The position numbers and the translations under genes are program-made. 64,000 nucleotides of DNA from a virus (taxonomy: Duplodnaviria > Caudoviricetes), in IMG/VR virus record IMGVR_UViG_3300046642_000603, positions 1-64,000 of that record; one strand, written 5' to 3'. Positions 1 to 9,810 of this stretch are shown in pieces (position 1 is the stretch's first letter; the number at the start of each line of letters is the position of its first letter). The notes below the pieces were generated by a model. It was not told the DNA's origin and ran no database searches. It was given only the letters and a program-made list of their open reading frames with translations.

Positions 1-38
1 AGTCGTCCGGGTCGGCGGCACCGTAAGCGAGGTCATCA

Positions 39-1511
39 GTGGCTGACAACCCGGCAGTGGACTACACCTCCCGGGATTACGAGGGGTTCAAGTCCAGCCT
101 CCTGGACTTCGCCTCCCGTGCGTTCCCTCAGTGGGTGCCCTCCTCCGAGGGTGACTTCGGCGTGCTCATGGTCGAGCTGTTCTCCTACCTCGGGGACAAC
201 CTCTCCTACTACGGCGACCGGCTCCAGCAGGAGTCCTTCCTGCCCACCGCGACGCAGCGGATGTCCCTCCTCCAGATCTCCGACCTGCTCGGCTACCGCC
301 CCTCCAACGGCGTCCCGGCCAGCGGCACCGTCACCTTCCAGACGTCCAACCCGGGCCCGGCCGTCACCGTGCCAGCAGGCACCCAGGTCGTCACCGACTA
401 CGTCGACACCATCGACTCCCCGATCACGTACGAGACCGACACCGACGTGACCGTGCCCAAGAACGGCGGCACCGCGACCGTCGCCGTCACCCAGGGAGTC
501 ACCCGCACACAGGTCAACATCGGCACCAGCTCGGGCCTGCCCGTGCAGGAGTTCCGGCTGCCCGACGTGCCCGTCATCGGCGGCACGGTGCGCGTGTACG
601 TGGACGACGTCAGCACCCTCACCGAGTGGACGTACATCGACTACATCGTGGACGCCGACCCGAGCGACCGCGTCTTCAGCACCTACCTGGACGACGCAGG
701 CGCCACCTGGGTCCGCTTCGGCGACAACATCAACGGCGCCATCCCGACCACGAACCTGACCCTCTACGCCACCTACCGCGTCGGCGGAGGAGCGGTCGGC
801 AACGTGAACGCGGGCGTGGTCAGCGCCATCGCGGACTCCACCCTGCCCGGCGTCACCTTCTCGCAGGACTCCAGCGGCAACGCGATCTCCTCCGCCATGA
901 CCGGAGGGGCCGACCCGGAGACCAACGACCAGATCCGTGCGAACGCCCCCAGGATCTTCCGCACCCAGGACCGCTGCGTCACCCTCGCGGACTTCTCCGA
1001 CCTCGCACTGACCACCCCCGGCATCGTCCGGGCCAACTCCCTCGCCGCGACCTACACCTCGATCTCGGTGTTCGTCATCGGCTCCGACGGAGGCACCCCG
1101 AGCACGACCACCCTCCAGAACGTGCAGAGCACCCTCCAGGCCAAGGCCCTGGCAGGAACCACGGTCACCGTGTCCGGCCCGACCACCGTCAAGGTGAACG
1201 TCGGCAACGCCTCCAACCCGATCACCGTCGAGTGCTGGCCCCGCTACTCCCGGGCCTCCGTGCTCTACGACGTGCAGCAGTCACTGAAGACGATGCTCTC
1301 CTTCGCGAACGTCGACTTCGGTATGCGCCTGACCCTCTCCGACTTCTACAAGACGCTCCTGGACGTGGACGGAGTCCGCTACGTCGACATCCCCATGATT
1401 GCCCGCGCCGACGCGGCCCAGACCGGGACCGCCGACATCGTCATGCGCGCCTGGGAAATCCCCACGGTCGGCAACATCGCCAACATCACCATGACCGGAG
1501 GTATCGGCTGA
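39..1511 (+). CDS. Baseplate J-like (wedge) protein
   Basis: N-terminal DYTSRDYEG...LLQISDLLGY and GGADPET...RCVTLADF motifs typical of baseplate J/gp6; GTG start after GAGG. Confidence 0.85.
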   Translation: MADNPAVDYTSRDYEGFKSSLLDFASRAFPQWVPSSEGDFGVLMVELFSYLGDNLSYYGDRLQQESFLPTATQRMSLLQISDLLGYRPSNGVPASGTVTFQTSNPGPAVTVPAGTQVVTDYVDTIDSPITYETDTDVTVPKNGGTATVAVTQGVTRTQVNIGTSSGLPVQEFRLPDVPVIGGTVRVYVDDVSTLTEWTYIDYIVDADPSDRVFSTYLDDAGATWVRFGDNINGAIPTTNLTLYATYRVGGGAVGNVNAGVVSAIADSTLPGVTFSQDSSGNAISSAMTGGADPETNDQIRANAPRIFRTQDRCVTLADFSDLALTTPGIVRANSLAATYTSISVFVIGSDGGTPSTTTLQNVQSTLQAKALAGTTVTVSGPTTVKVNVGNASNPITVECWPRYSRASVLYDVQQSLKTMLSFANVDFGMRLTLSDFYKTLLDVDGVRYVDIPMIARADAAQTGTADIVMRAWEIPTVGNIANITMTGGIG

Positions 1512-2146
1512 TGGCCGCCGTCTACCCGAAGCAGTACAAGTCCTTCACCGTGCACAAGAACCTGGTGGAGGACATCGACGCGTCGCACGTCAACAACCTC
1601 CAGGACGAGGTGCTGGCCCTTCAGCAGACCCTGGGCATCCTGCCGCACCAGGACACCGGGCTGAAGATGAAGACCAACACCTACGCCTCCGTCGCGGCCC
1701 GGCTCGACGCCATCCAGCGCGGCCAGGGCATACCCGCCTGCTACGTCTCCAAGACGTCCGACAGCGTCAAGGGCGGCGCGACCAAGACGATCTCCTTCAC
1801 CAGGCCGTCGGCGGCCCAGGACCCCGAGGGACTGTTCAACGGCCACTCGATCACGGCCAACCGCACCGGCTGGTGGATCGTCTTCGGCCGGGTCATGTGG
1901 GCCAACGCCACCGGTTCACTGGCCACAGGAGCCGACCGGCAGATCAACCTCGCGGTCGGCGGCAGCCAGGTGATGTCACAGGACCTCCCTCCGATCTCCG
2001 ACGGCAACACCCACATGCACATCGGCTGGCAGGGCTGGGTCACCGCAGGCAAGGCCATCGACCTCACCCTCTACCACCCGCTCACCACCAAGACCCTTCA
2101 ACTCCAGAACCTGCACCTGAGCGCGGTCATGATCCGGGAGGCGTGA
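1511..2146 (+). CDS. Minor tail/baseplate-associated protein
   Basis: ATG overlaps the previous TGA (MAAVYPKQY...); IDASHVNNLQDEV motif; C-terminal beta-rich domain; structural gene context. Confidence 0.6.
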   Translation: MAAVYPKQYKSFTVHKNLVEDIDASHVNNLQDEVLALQQTLGILPHQDTGLKMKTNTYASVAARLDAIQRGQGIPACYVSKTSDSVKGGATKTISFTRPSAAQDPEGLFNGHSITANRTGWWIVFGRVMWANATGSLATGADRQINLAVGGSQVMSQDLPPISDGNTHMHIGWQGWVTAGKAIDLTLYHPLTTKTLQLQNLHLSAVMIREA

Positions 2147-2147
2147 C

Positions 2148-4130
2148 GTGGGAACGTACGGCGTCTCCATCTACGGGCTGTCGCAATACGGGACGGACGT
2201 CCACCCCGACTTCGACGTCAGCCCGTTCACAGCCACGCCCGTGGACTACTCCACCGTGCTCCTGGACTGGAAGTCCCCGGCCGGATCGTGGGACTCCCTG
2301 CGCCTGATCCGCAACAGATACGGCTGGGCCGTCAACGAGAACGACGGCGAGATCCTGCTCAACCAGACCCACGCCGCCACCTCGTTCTCCGACAAGGGCG
2401 TGGTCGGCGGCCACTGGCTGTACTACACGATCTTCATCTCCGCGTCCGGCCAGTGGTCGAGGGCGGGCACCGTCTCCTGCCTGATGCCGAAGAACAACGG
2501 CTACACCCAGCGGCTGTACGACCTGCTCCCCGACTACTACAAGGTCGACGTCCAGTCCGGCAACAACATCACCGACGACTCCAACACGCTCAACCCCTAC
2601 CTGACCCCGTTCCTGTCGATCTTCGGGTTCGGGTTCGACATGGTGAAGAGCTACTACGACTCCAACCGGTACACCAACGACGCGATGCGCACGCGCTTCG
2701 ACAACATCGCCCAGTTGGCCACCCAGTTCGGGATCCAGTACGAGGCGTCCACGCCCGCCTACCTCTTCCGCCAGCGTGTGCGCGATGCCGCCACCCTCGG
2801 CCGACAGAAGGGCACCCTGGAGCAGATCCGCTCGATCATCTCCGAGACCACCGGCTACGACGCCGACCTGAGCATCGGCGACAACCTCATGCTCTCCGAC
2901 GACCAGGCCGACTTCGACCACCCCTCCTTCCCGCAGTGGGACTCCGGTGTGAACTACGCCTCCGGGGAGAAGGTGGAGTTCGGCTCGTACCTGTACCAGG
3001 CGGGCTCCTCCGGCGCGTACGGACAGGCCCAGGCACCTACCGGCACCAACGGCTCCAACGCGTACTGGACCGTCGTCACGTACGGCACCGACTCCACCCT
3101 GGTCGACGCCAACGGGCACGTCGCGGGCTGGGAAGAGATCTCCTTCACCGCAGGCGTCACCCCGGGCACGGGCGGCGTCCTGGTGGGCATCGGCGTGCAG
3201 AACCCGACCAACCCCGACGACAAGGCGGGCAACGCGCTGTGGGTGCGCAACACCAACTCCGGCGGCTCCGTCGCCACGATGGGTGTGCGCTCGGTCGGCC
3301 GACTGTCCGGCCAGGCGACGATGGACCCACAGCAGCCGGTCCTGTTCGGCGTCCCCGTGCCGTACACCTGGCAGGCGTGGGACAACGGCGTCGACTACCA
3401 GCCCGGCGACATGGTCATCTACCACGGCCGCGTCTACCAGGCGCTCACCGCCTCCCTGAACGTCACCCCGCCGGACACCCCGACGGCGAACGCACAGTGG
3501 ACCCCGCTGGGCTACGACGACCGCGTACAGATGTGCCTGTCCGGCTACGCGCAGGCGTACTCCGGCGAGCAGGTCAACGTGTACCCGTTCGTCGAGTACT
3601 ACGACTCCCACGGCTCGCTGATCACCTCGCTGTACGCGGACGCCGTCCCGGCCTACAACGTGCTCGACTCCTTCAGCCAGGGGTGGAGCGACTGGACGAC
3701 CCGCACCAGCGACCTGGGCGCCGCGTCCTGGACCGAGACGCTGGGCCAGTGGACCTCCGGAGGCTTCTCCGGCGGAGCGGCCTACCCGGTCGGCGCCACG
3801 GCGTCCATCGCCACCGTCCCCGGCCACGCCGACGGCACGGTCTCGGCCACGTTCCTGACCAACCCAGGCAACACCCTCAAGCAGGGCGCAGTCTTCCGGC
3901 TCCAGGATGCCTCCAACTACTGGCGGGCCGGGCGCACGGCCCTGCACCTGATCCAGGCCGGAGCGGTGACCGGAACCTTCACCTACTCGACCGCCTTCTC
4001 GGACGGTGACCGGATCACGGCCGCCTTCTCGGGGAGCAACATCACGATCTACCGGAACGGAACCCAGGTGCTCACCATCACCAACTCGGCGCTCAGCACC
4101 GCCACCAAGGTCGGAATGGCGGTGACCTGA
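2148..4130 (+). CDS. Baseplate wedge/tail protein (P2 gpI-like) with CBM5/12-like repeats
   Basis: LYDLLPDYY...RQKGTLEQI region like tail protein I; two W-x4-Y-x2-G-x2-V-x5-Y-Q-A chitin-binding-type repeats. Confidence 0.65.
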   Translation: MGTYGVSIYGLSQYGTDVHPDFDVSPFTATPVDYSTVLLDWKSPAGSWDSLRLIRNRYGWAVNENDGEILLNQTHAATSFSDKGVVGGHWLYYTIFISASGQWSRAGTVSCLMPKNNGYTQRLYDLLPDYYKVDVQSGNNITDDSNTLNPYLTPFLSIFGFGFDMVKSYYDSNRYTNDAMRTRFDNIAQLATQFGIQYEASTPAYLFRQRVRDAATLGRQKGTLEQIRSIISETTGYDADLSIGDNLMLSDDQADFDHPSFPQWDSGVNYASGEKVEFGSYLYQAGSSGAYGQAQAPTGTNGSNAYWTVVTYGTDSTLVDANGHVAGWEEISFTAGVTPGTGGVLVGIGVQNPTNPDDKAGNALWVRNTNSGGSVATMGVRSVGRLSGQATMDPQQPVLFGVPVPYTWQAWDNGVDYQPGDMVIYHGRVYQALTASLNVTPPDTPTANAQWTPLGYDDRVQMCLSGYAQAYSGEQVNVYPFVEYYDSHGSLITSLYADAVPAYNVLDSFSQGWSDWTTRTSDLGAASWTETLGQWTSGGFSGGAAYPVGATASIATVPGHADGTVSATFLTNPGNTLKQGAVFRLQDASNYWRAGRTALHLIQAGAVTGTFTYSTAFSDGDRITAAFSGSNITIYRNGTQVLTITNSALSTATKVGMAVT

Positions 4131-5344
4131 TGACCACGCACAACATCACCTTCGTCAACAACGACGACTGGTCCCCGACCATCTCCTTCTCCGGCATCGT
4201 CGTCGGCCGCCGCTACCGGGTGTTCGGCCCGGAGATCGGTGGACAGGTCACCCTCGACGGCACGCTGGCCATCCGGATCCCGCGCCCGCAGCCGTTGGCT
4301 CCCGAGGCCGGGCAGATCTCCTTCCAGGGTCACCTCTCGGCCGGACTGAAGACACCCGCCGCAGCGTTCAAGGACTTCGCCCACTACCCCTACGCGGGCA
4401 CCGACCCGGCCATGGCGTGGATCGGCAGCAACTCCGGCACGCTGACCTCAGCCCCCGCTGGCTCCTACAGCCGCCCCTACGCCGCGTTCACCGGCCCGGT
4501 GGACTACCCGGTATCCGGGGGCGGTTACGCCTGGAAGCGGGCCGCGTACGCATCCGTGGGCTTCAAGTTCGCGTCCATGTCGGCGAACAAGCACCAGATC
4601 CTCGACGCGGTGCAGCTCGAACCGCTGCCGCTCGGGGCGAGTGGACCGAGCGCCTACCAGAACGCGCGGGAGATCCAGGCCGTCATCAAGCCGACCCGGC
4701 TGAACTACGCGCCCAACCCCAACTTCGAGAGCGGCATCACCGGGGCTGCAGCCACCAACGGCGCCTCGGTGGCCGCTGACACCTCACTCGTCTGGAAGGG
4801 GACGCAGTCCCTGAAGGTGACCGTCCCGACCACGGTGACCGTGGATGCCGGGTGGAACTTCCAGTTGACCGGGCTCATCCCGGGGCGCACGTACACGTTC
4901 AGCGCCAGGGTCTCCGCCGCGCAGTACTGCGGCAACGTCTACCCGTGGAGCAGCACCAACGGCTCGACACCGGGGGCCCGGCTGGCCTACAACTCGGCAG
5001 CACCTGGCCGGTGGCGGACCATCTGGACCACCTTCGTCGCCACGGCGTCCAGCGTCTGGGTGGGGATGAACGTCTCCAAGCCCACCATGACGGCCGGGCA
5101 GTCCAGCATCTTCTGGGCCGACGGGATCCTCGTGGAAGAGGGCACCGCCGTCCGCTCCTACTTCGACGGCTCGATGGGCGGGGACTACCTGTGGGAGCAG
5201 GGCGGGACAGCGAACCTGACCCGCTCGTACTTCTACGAGAACTACGTCGAGCGCAGTTACCTCATCCGCACCCTGCTCGAAGAGAATGTTCCTCTGGGAA
5301 TCACGGCGGCTGTACCCAAGTACGCCGTTCTGCCGACCCAGTAA
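4130..5344 (+). CDS. Minor tail protein with carbohydrate-binding (CBM4/9-like) domain
   Basis: NYAPNPNFES...GRTYTFSA...YFDGS pattern common in actinophage tail proteins; coupled start. Confidence 0.6.
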   Translation: MTTHNITFVNNDDWSPTISFSGIVVGRRYRVFGPEIGGQVTLDGTLAIRIPRPQPLAPEAGQISFQGHLSAGLKTPAAAFKDFAHYPYAGTDPAMAWIGSNSGTLTSAPAGSYSRPYAAFTGPVDYPVSGGGYAWKRAAYASVGFKFASMSANKHQILDAVQLEPLPLGASGPSAYQNAREIQAVIKPTRLNYAPNPNFESGITGAAATNGASVAADTSLVWKGTQSLKVTVPTTVTVDAGWNFQLTGLIPGRTYTFSARVSAAQYCGNVYPWSSTNGSTPGARLAYNSAAPGRWRTIWTTFVATASSVWVGMNVSKPTMTAGQSSIFWADGILVEEGTAVRSYFDGSMGGDYLWEQGGTANLTRSYFYENYVERSYLIRTLLEENVPLGITAAVPKYAVLPTQ

Positions 5345-5366
5345 CCACGACCCCGTAAGGATCCCC

Positions 5367-5951
5367 ATGCTTACCAACTACGCCGACGTGGCGGCCCTCG
5401 CCGTCGGCCTGGTCCTGCCCGCCATCGTGGCGGTGTTCACCAAGCCGTCGACCAACTCCACCGTCAAGGGCACCGTGCACGCCGTCCTGGCCGTTGCCAC
5501 CGGCTCCCTGGCCACCTACAAGGCCGACCCGTCGAACTTCGTGTGGGCGCCTGCGGTGATCGCCGCGTTCCTGGCCTGGCTGTCCGGCACCACGGCCTAC
5601 CACTCGCTGCTGAAGAAGTACTCGTGGTTCGCCGCGCTCCAGAACCTGTTCGTGTCCGAGGTCGAGAGCCATCTTAATACCGGCGGCGCGGACATCGAGA
5701 GCTACTTCCTGGTGGCGCAGGCGGCCGAGCAGTCCGAGGACGAGCAGGGCATCACCAACGACTTCCCCTTGAGCACCGACATCATCGAGTCCGGCGTGGA
5801 GGAGGCGGTCAAGGCGGCCGAGGAGATCCCCGTCGTCGGCACCGTGGTCCAGAACATCGAGTCGGTCGCGGTCCCGGCCATCGTCACGGCCGTGGAAGCC
5901 GTCCCCGCCGTCGCCGTGCAGTCCAGCGGCCTGGGCCCGAGGGCGTTCTGA
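5367..5951 (+). CDS. Holin-like membrane protein with acidic C-terminal tail
   Basis: Three hydrophobic N-terminal segments; follows tail genes; AAGGA RBS. Confidence 0.55.
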   Translation: MLTNYADVAALAVGLVLPAIVAVFTKPSTNSTVKGTVHAVLAVATGSLATYKADPSNFVWAPAVIAAFLAWLSGTTAYHSLLKKYSWFAALQNLFVSEVESHLNTGGADIESYFLVAQAAEQSEDEQGITNDFPLSTDIIESGVEEAVKAAEEIPVVGTVVQNIESVAVPAIVTAVEAVPAVAVQSSGLGPRAF

Positions 5952-5953
5952 TC

Positions 5954-6238
5954 ATGGACTGGTTCCGGCTGCTGCTGATCGCCTTCGCCACCTTCACCGC
6001 GTGGGAGTGGCTGCGTGACCTCCTGCCCACCATCCCGGCCGCGCTCCAGCCGCTGGTCGTGGTGGGCCTGGCCTACGGAGCGCAGCGTGTTCCCGGCCCG
6101 TGGCTGGCCGCTGTGGCGGCTGCCGGAGTCGTGGCGGTGCTGCACACGCAGGTGAGGGGGAGCGGGGCGGAGACGTCCTCTCTGCGCCTTCCGCGCAGGC
6201 ATCCGGCCACCGGGCGCAGGGTTCCCGACCTGCCCTGA
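5954..6238 (+). CDS. Small membrane protein
   Basis: Hydrophobic helices; follows the holin-like gene. Confidence 0.55.
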   Translation: MDWFRLLLIAFATFTAWEWLRDLLPTIPAALQPLVVVGLAYGAQRVPGPWLAAVAAAGVVAVLHTQVRGSGAETSSLRLPRRHPATGRRVPDLP

Positions 6239-6250
6239 TTGTCAAGCACA

Positions 6251-6289
6251 AGTAAAACCCCGCTAGACAAGCGGGGTTTTCTTGCTTTT
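6251..6289 (+). terminator. Intrinsic terminator
   Basis: AAAACCCCGCT-agac-AAGCGGGGTTTT followed by CTTGCTTTT. Confidence 0.7.
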
Positions 6290-6359
6290 AGAAGCCGTAA
6301 TGGCTAAGGTCTTCCTTGTTGCCAACCACGGCAGCGACCACCACAACACTGGAGCAGAC

Positions 6360-7598
6360 TTGAGCAAGCAGCCCATCACCCTGGCCTTCGCTGGTTCCGC
6401 CGACATCGACCCCGAGAACGTCAAGGACCTGCTCAACGACTGGCTCGGCTTCGGCGACGAGGACAAGGACGGCTTCTTCGAGCCGAGCGACCGCGAGGTC
6501 AACCTGATCTTCCCGGTCACCCGGGAGCACCTGTCCGACGGCCTGGAAGCGGTCCTCGGCTGGGCCGAGAAGGCCGACCTCCCCTACGTCGCCGTCGCGG
6601 ACAACAAGCGCAGCCGCGCCACCGAGCAGATCCTCAAGGACGCCGAAGAGACCGTCCACGTCGCCAACGTCACGGCGGGCGTCGTCGACCTGCTGAAGAA
6701 GGCCGACAGCGTCGGCGACGAGGTCCACGTCATCCTCCTGTGGGGCGACGAGGGCAGCGAGCAGGCCGAACTCCTCCTGGACGCCGCCGACCAGGCGGGT
6801 ATCAAGGCCAAGGACCTCACCGCCGGGCTCGACGACATCAGTTTCGGCGAGCAGCCGCAGGCCGAGGAGCCGGAAGAGGAGCCCCAGCCGGAGCCCGAGC
6901 CGGAGCCCGAGCCGGAGGCCCCCAAGCGTGGCCGTCGCCGTGGCCGCCGTGCTGAGCCGGAGGAGGCCGAGCCGGAGGAGGAGCCGCTGACCGAGGAGGA
7001 CGCGCCGGAGGAGCCCAAGGCCGAGGAGCCCAAGCGTGGCCGTCGCGGTCGCCAGGCCGACCCCGAGCCGGAGCCCGAGGAGCACCCGGTCGAGCAGGAC
7101 ATCCAGGAGCAGCAGGAGGACCTGGAGCAGGAGGTCAACCGCGCCGCGCAGAAGATCCAGCGCGAGACCGCCCCGGTCTCCGACAAGGAGATCGACCTCA
7201 TCCTCATCGGCAACGCTTTGGAGGGTGCCTACAACGCCTTCCGCCTGGAGGACGAGCGCAACGCGGTCATCAACCAGGCCGAGGTACGCCTCCGGCCGCT
7301 GACCGAACTGCTGGCCAAGGCGCTTAATATCGTCGCCGACTCGGTCCACGACAAGGAGGCCGAGAAGCAGGAGCGCCCGGCCGAGAAGAAGGCCGAGGAG
7401 CCGGAGGAGGAGCAGCAGACCTCCGGACGCCGTCGCCGTGGACGCCCGCGCGACGAGAGCAAGACGTTCGCCTTCCTGGTGGACGACGAGGGCAACTACA
7501 GCCGTCGTGGCCGTGGCCGTATCCCGGCCGGACAGACCGTCGTCCACCTGACCCGGGCGGAGATCGAGGAGAAGGGCCTCGAACTCGACTCGGAGTGA
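6360..7598 (+). CDS. Acidic low-complexity protein with RGR/AT-hook-like motifs
   Basis: GGAG then TTG at 6360 (alternative ATG at 6300); EPEP repeats, PKRGRR twice, RRGRPR, RGRGRIP. Confidence 0.7.
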   Translation: MSKQPITLAFAGSADIDPENVKDLLNDWLGFGDEDKDGFFEPSDREVNLIFPVTREHLSDGLEAVLGWAEKADLPYVAVADNKRSRATEQILKDAEETVHVANVTAGVVDLLKKADSVGDEVHVILLWGDEGSEQAELLLDAADQAGIKAKDLTAGLDDISFGEQPQAEEPEEEPQPEPEPEPEPEAPKRGRRRGRRAEPEEAEPEEEPLTEEDAPEEPKAEEPKRGRRGRQADPEPEPEEHPVEQDIQEQQEDLEQEVNRAAQKIQRETAPVSDKEIDLILIGNALEGAYNAFRLEDERNAVINQAEVRLRPLTELLAKALNIVADSVHDKEAEKQERPAEKKAEEPEEEQQTSGRRRRGRPRDESKTFAFLVDDEGNYSRRGRGRIPAGQTVVHLTRAEIEEKGLELDSE

Positions 7599-7603
7599 GT
7601 AAC

Positions 7604-7662
7604 GCAAAAGCCCCCGGCGCTGAAGAGGTTCGAGACCTCAATTCACTGCCGGGGGCTTTTGC
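7604..7662 (+). terminator. Long hairpin/bidirectional terminator with internal stem-loop
   Basis: GCAAAAGCCCCCGGC...GCCGGGGGCTTTTGC arms around GAGGTTCGAGACCTC. Confidence 0.6.
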
Positions 7663-7712
7663 CCACCACACCCCGAGGCCCACCACAAACCCCGAGATGG
7701 GAAGAACCTAAC

Positions 7713-7760
7713 ATGTCGAGCCGACTTAATATCAATCACTTCCTGGCGGTGACTGAGTGA
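7713..7760 (+). CDS. 15-aa mini-ORF MSSRLNINHFLAVTE coupled to the initiator gene
   Basis: ATG at 7713; TGA overlaps GTG start of 7757 (GTGA). Confidence 0.4.
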   Translation: MSSRLNINHFLAVTE

Positions 7761-9028
7761 GCCTTGCTATCACCGCCGAGGTCTGGAAGCACGCCCCCAT
7801 AGGCAAGGGTGACTTGCTGGTGCTCCTGCGTATAGCGGACGCCGCCGGGGAAGAGCACCGGATGATGTGGGAGTCCGTCAAGACGCTCGCCAAGCACACC
7901 CGCATGACCGAGCGCAGCATCTACAACAGCCTGCGCAACCTGGCGCTCCAGGACATCATCGAGACGGTTCCGAAGGAGGCTGCGCCCCCGGAGGCGCGGC
8001 TGTACAAGTCCGTGGTCCGCCGCGTCCGCCCCGTGGAGGAGTGGATCGACCTCAAGACCCCGGAGGAGCGGGAGGCCGCCGAGCGACGCCAGGCGGTGCG
8101 TGACCGGTTCGAGGCCAAGGCGGGAGAGTTCCGCCGGAAGATCCTCGCGCGTGACGGAGCGGTCTGCCGTCACTGCGGGGAGACGGATGAGTCTGTGCTG
8201 GTCTGTGACCACATGATTTCCGTCTACGACGGGGGTACCAACGACCTGGAAAACCTCCAGATCCTGTGCGTCATGTGCAACTCCCGCAAGGGTCGGCACA
8301 GCGAAGTTGGTATGCAAAATTTGCAGGGTCCAAAGCCGGACATAGCCTCCCTGCAAAATCTGCACCCTGAACAGGTTTCATACAACCCCAATAACCAACT
8401 GGAAGTTAGAGATATAGAAGAAACTACGTTTCTTCCACCGCGCCGGTCGGCACGGTCTGATTCCGGCGGAGCCGAGGAGATCCCTTCGAGGCCGGGTGCT
8501 CGTGGCTGGGATGCGGTTGCGGCTCCCCGTCGTGGCGGCCGGAAGAAGACCCGGAAGCAGCAGGCGGAGGAGGCCGCCCTGGCGGAGAAGGAACTCGACC
8601 CGGCGTACGTCGTGGCCCAGGCCCTCGGCGAGGAAGATCCAGGAAGCAGCCCCGCTGGCCGTCTCCCGGCCTCGGACAGCGACCTGGCCCCTCCGGTCCG
8701 GCGACCTCGTGAGAAGCGCTCCAAGAGGCCGTCGGAGGAACTGGCCGAGTTCTTCGGGAAGCGGGCCGAGGAGGTAGGCCACCCGGTACCTGGCGCCACC
8801 AACCTCAGAGCCCTCACCGGACAGTTCGGCCGGTGGATGGCCCAGGGCCTGGAACGGGAGACGATCCGGCAGATGGTCCTGACGTACTGGTCGTCCTCCT
8901 GGAGCCGGTCGGAGAACCATCCGGCCTGGAAGGACTTCCTCGCTGCCCGTGGTCTGCTGACCGAGCGGCTGGGCAAGGCTGAGAACGTGATGGAGAAGCA
9001 CCGGCACGACGAGTCCTACTGGGACTGA
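7757..9028 (+). CDS. Replication initiator (N-terminal wHTH) with internal HNH domain
   Basis: LLVLLRIADAA...SVKTLAKHTRMTERSIYNSL HTH; RDGAVCRHCG...DH...GGTNDLENLQILCVMCN HNH; directly upstream of DnaC-like gene. Confidence 0.7.
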   Translation: MSLAITAEVWKHAPIGKGDLLVLLRIADAAGEEHRMMWESVKTLAKHTRMTERSIYNSLRNLALQDIIETVPKEAAPPEARLYKSVVRRVRPVEEWIDLKTPEEREAAERRQAVRDRFEAKAGEFRRKILARDGAVCRHCGETDESVLVCDHMISVYDGGTNDLENLQILCVMCNSRKGRHSEVGMQNLQGPKPDIASLQNLHPEQVSYNPNNQLEVRDIEETTFLPPRRSARSDSGGAEEIPSRPGARGWDAVAAPRRGGRKKTRKQQAEEAALAEKELDPAYVVAQALGEEDPGSSPAGRLPASDSDLAPPVRRPREKRSKRPSEELAEFFGKRAEEVGHPVPGATNLRALTGQFGRWMAQGLERETIRQMVLTYWSSSWSRSENHPAWKDFLAARGLLTERLGKAENVMEKHRHDESYWD

Positions 9029-9150
9029 TGCCATCAGGGGCGGGCTGCTACGGCGGTCCGCCCCTTACGTTTACCCAAAGGCGTATTCCGAAAGACGTAA
9101 TCTGTGGTAGCCTCCTGAACGTTGAACCACCACCACACAAGGAGGCAACC

Positions 9151-9810
9151 GTGGCGACAGACCCCCGGGTCCACGCCTTGCGGCTCAAGGAGTACAACGT
9201 CCCCGCGCACTACCGGGCCCTGCGGCTTAATACCGTGGCGGACGCCCCTGAGCGCGCCGCCTGCCAGACCTGGCTCGACGAACTGCGCGACCACTACGTC
9301 ACCGACAAGCGACCCCTCACGGAGTACCCCGAGGACTGGGGAGCCATCGGCAAGGGCCTGCTGATCGTCGGCCCTCCCGGCACCGGCAAGACGACCCTCG
9401 CCACCGCCACGCTGCTGGAGGTGTACTACACCCACCGGCTCCCGGTGCACTGGCTGGCCTACGCCGACTTCGTGAAGGACTCCATCGAGAAGATGGGCCT
9501 CCAGGACCGCAGCGAGCCCGAAGCCGTCTCCCGCTGGTGGGAGATCCAGGACAAGATCGTGGCGGCCGAGAAGGCCCCCGTCCTCGTGCTGGACGACGTC
9601 GGCAAGGAGCACCGGACCAAGACCGGGTACGCCGAGGGCCTGCTGGACACCCTGCTGCGCCAGCGGCACCGCGAGGCCCGGCCCACGATCGTCACCTCCA
9701 ACCTCCCGCCCAGGGAGTGGGGCGCCGTCTACAACCCCACGATGGGCTCCTTCATCCAGCAGGCATTCACACAGGTCAAGTTGATCGGAGAGGACCGCCG
9801 TGCAGCATGA
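9151..9810 (+). CDS. dnaC: DnaC/IstB-like helicase loader ATPase
   Basis: Walker A GPPGTGKT, Walker B LVLDDVGKE, PTIVTSN; GGAGG then GTG. Confidence 0.85.
   Translation: MATDPRVHALRLKEYNVPAHYRALRLNTVADAPERAACQTWLDELRDHYVTDKRPLTEYPEDWGAIGKGLLIVGPPGTGKTTLATATLLEVYYTHRLPVHWLAYADFVKDSIEKMGLQDRSEPEAVSRWWEIQDKIVAAEKAPVLVLDDVGKEHRTKTGYAEGLLDTLLRQRHREARPTIVTSNLPPREWGAVYNPTMGSFIQQAFTQVKLIGEDRRAA

Noticed and set aside
6860-7085. GAGCC(G/C)GAG tandem repeats as CRISPR or VNTR
   Set aside because: They encode the EPEP low-complexity linker; no spacer structure
7604-7662. tRNA suggested by GGTTCGAGACC
   Set aside because: No D-arm, anticodon arm or CCA; only a hairpin
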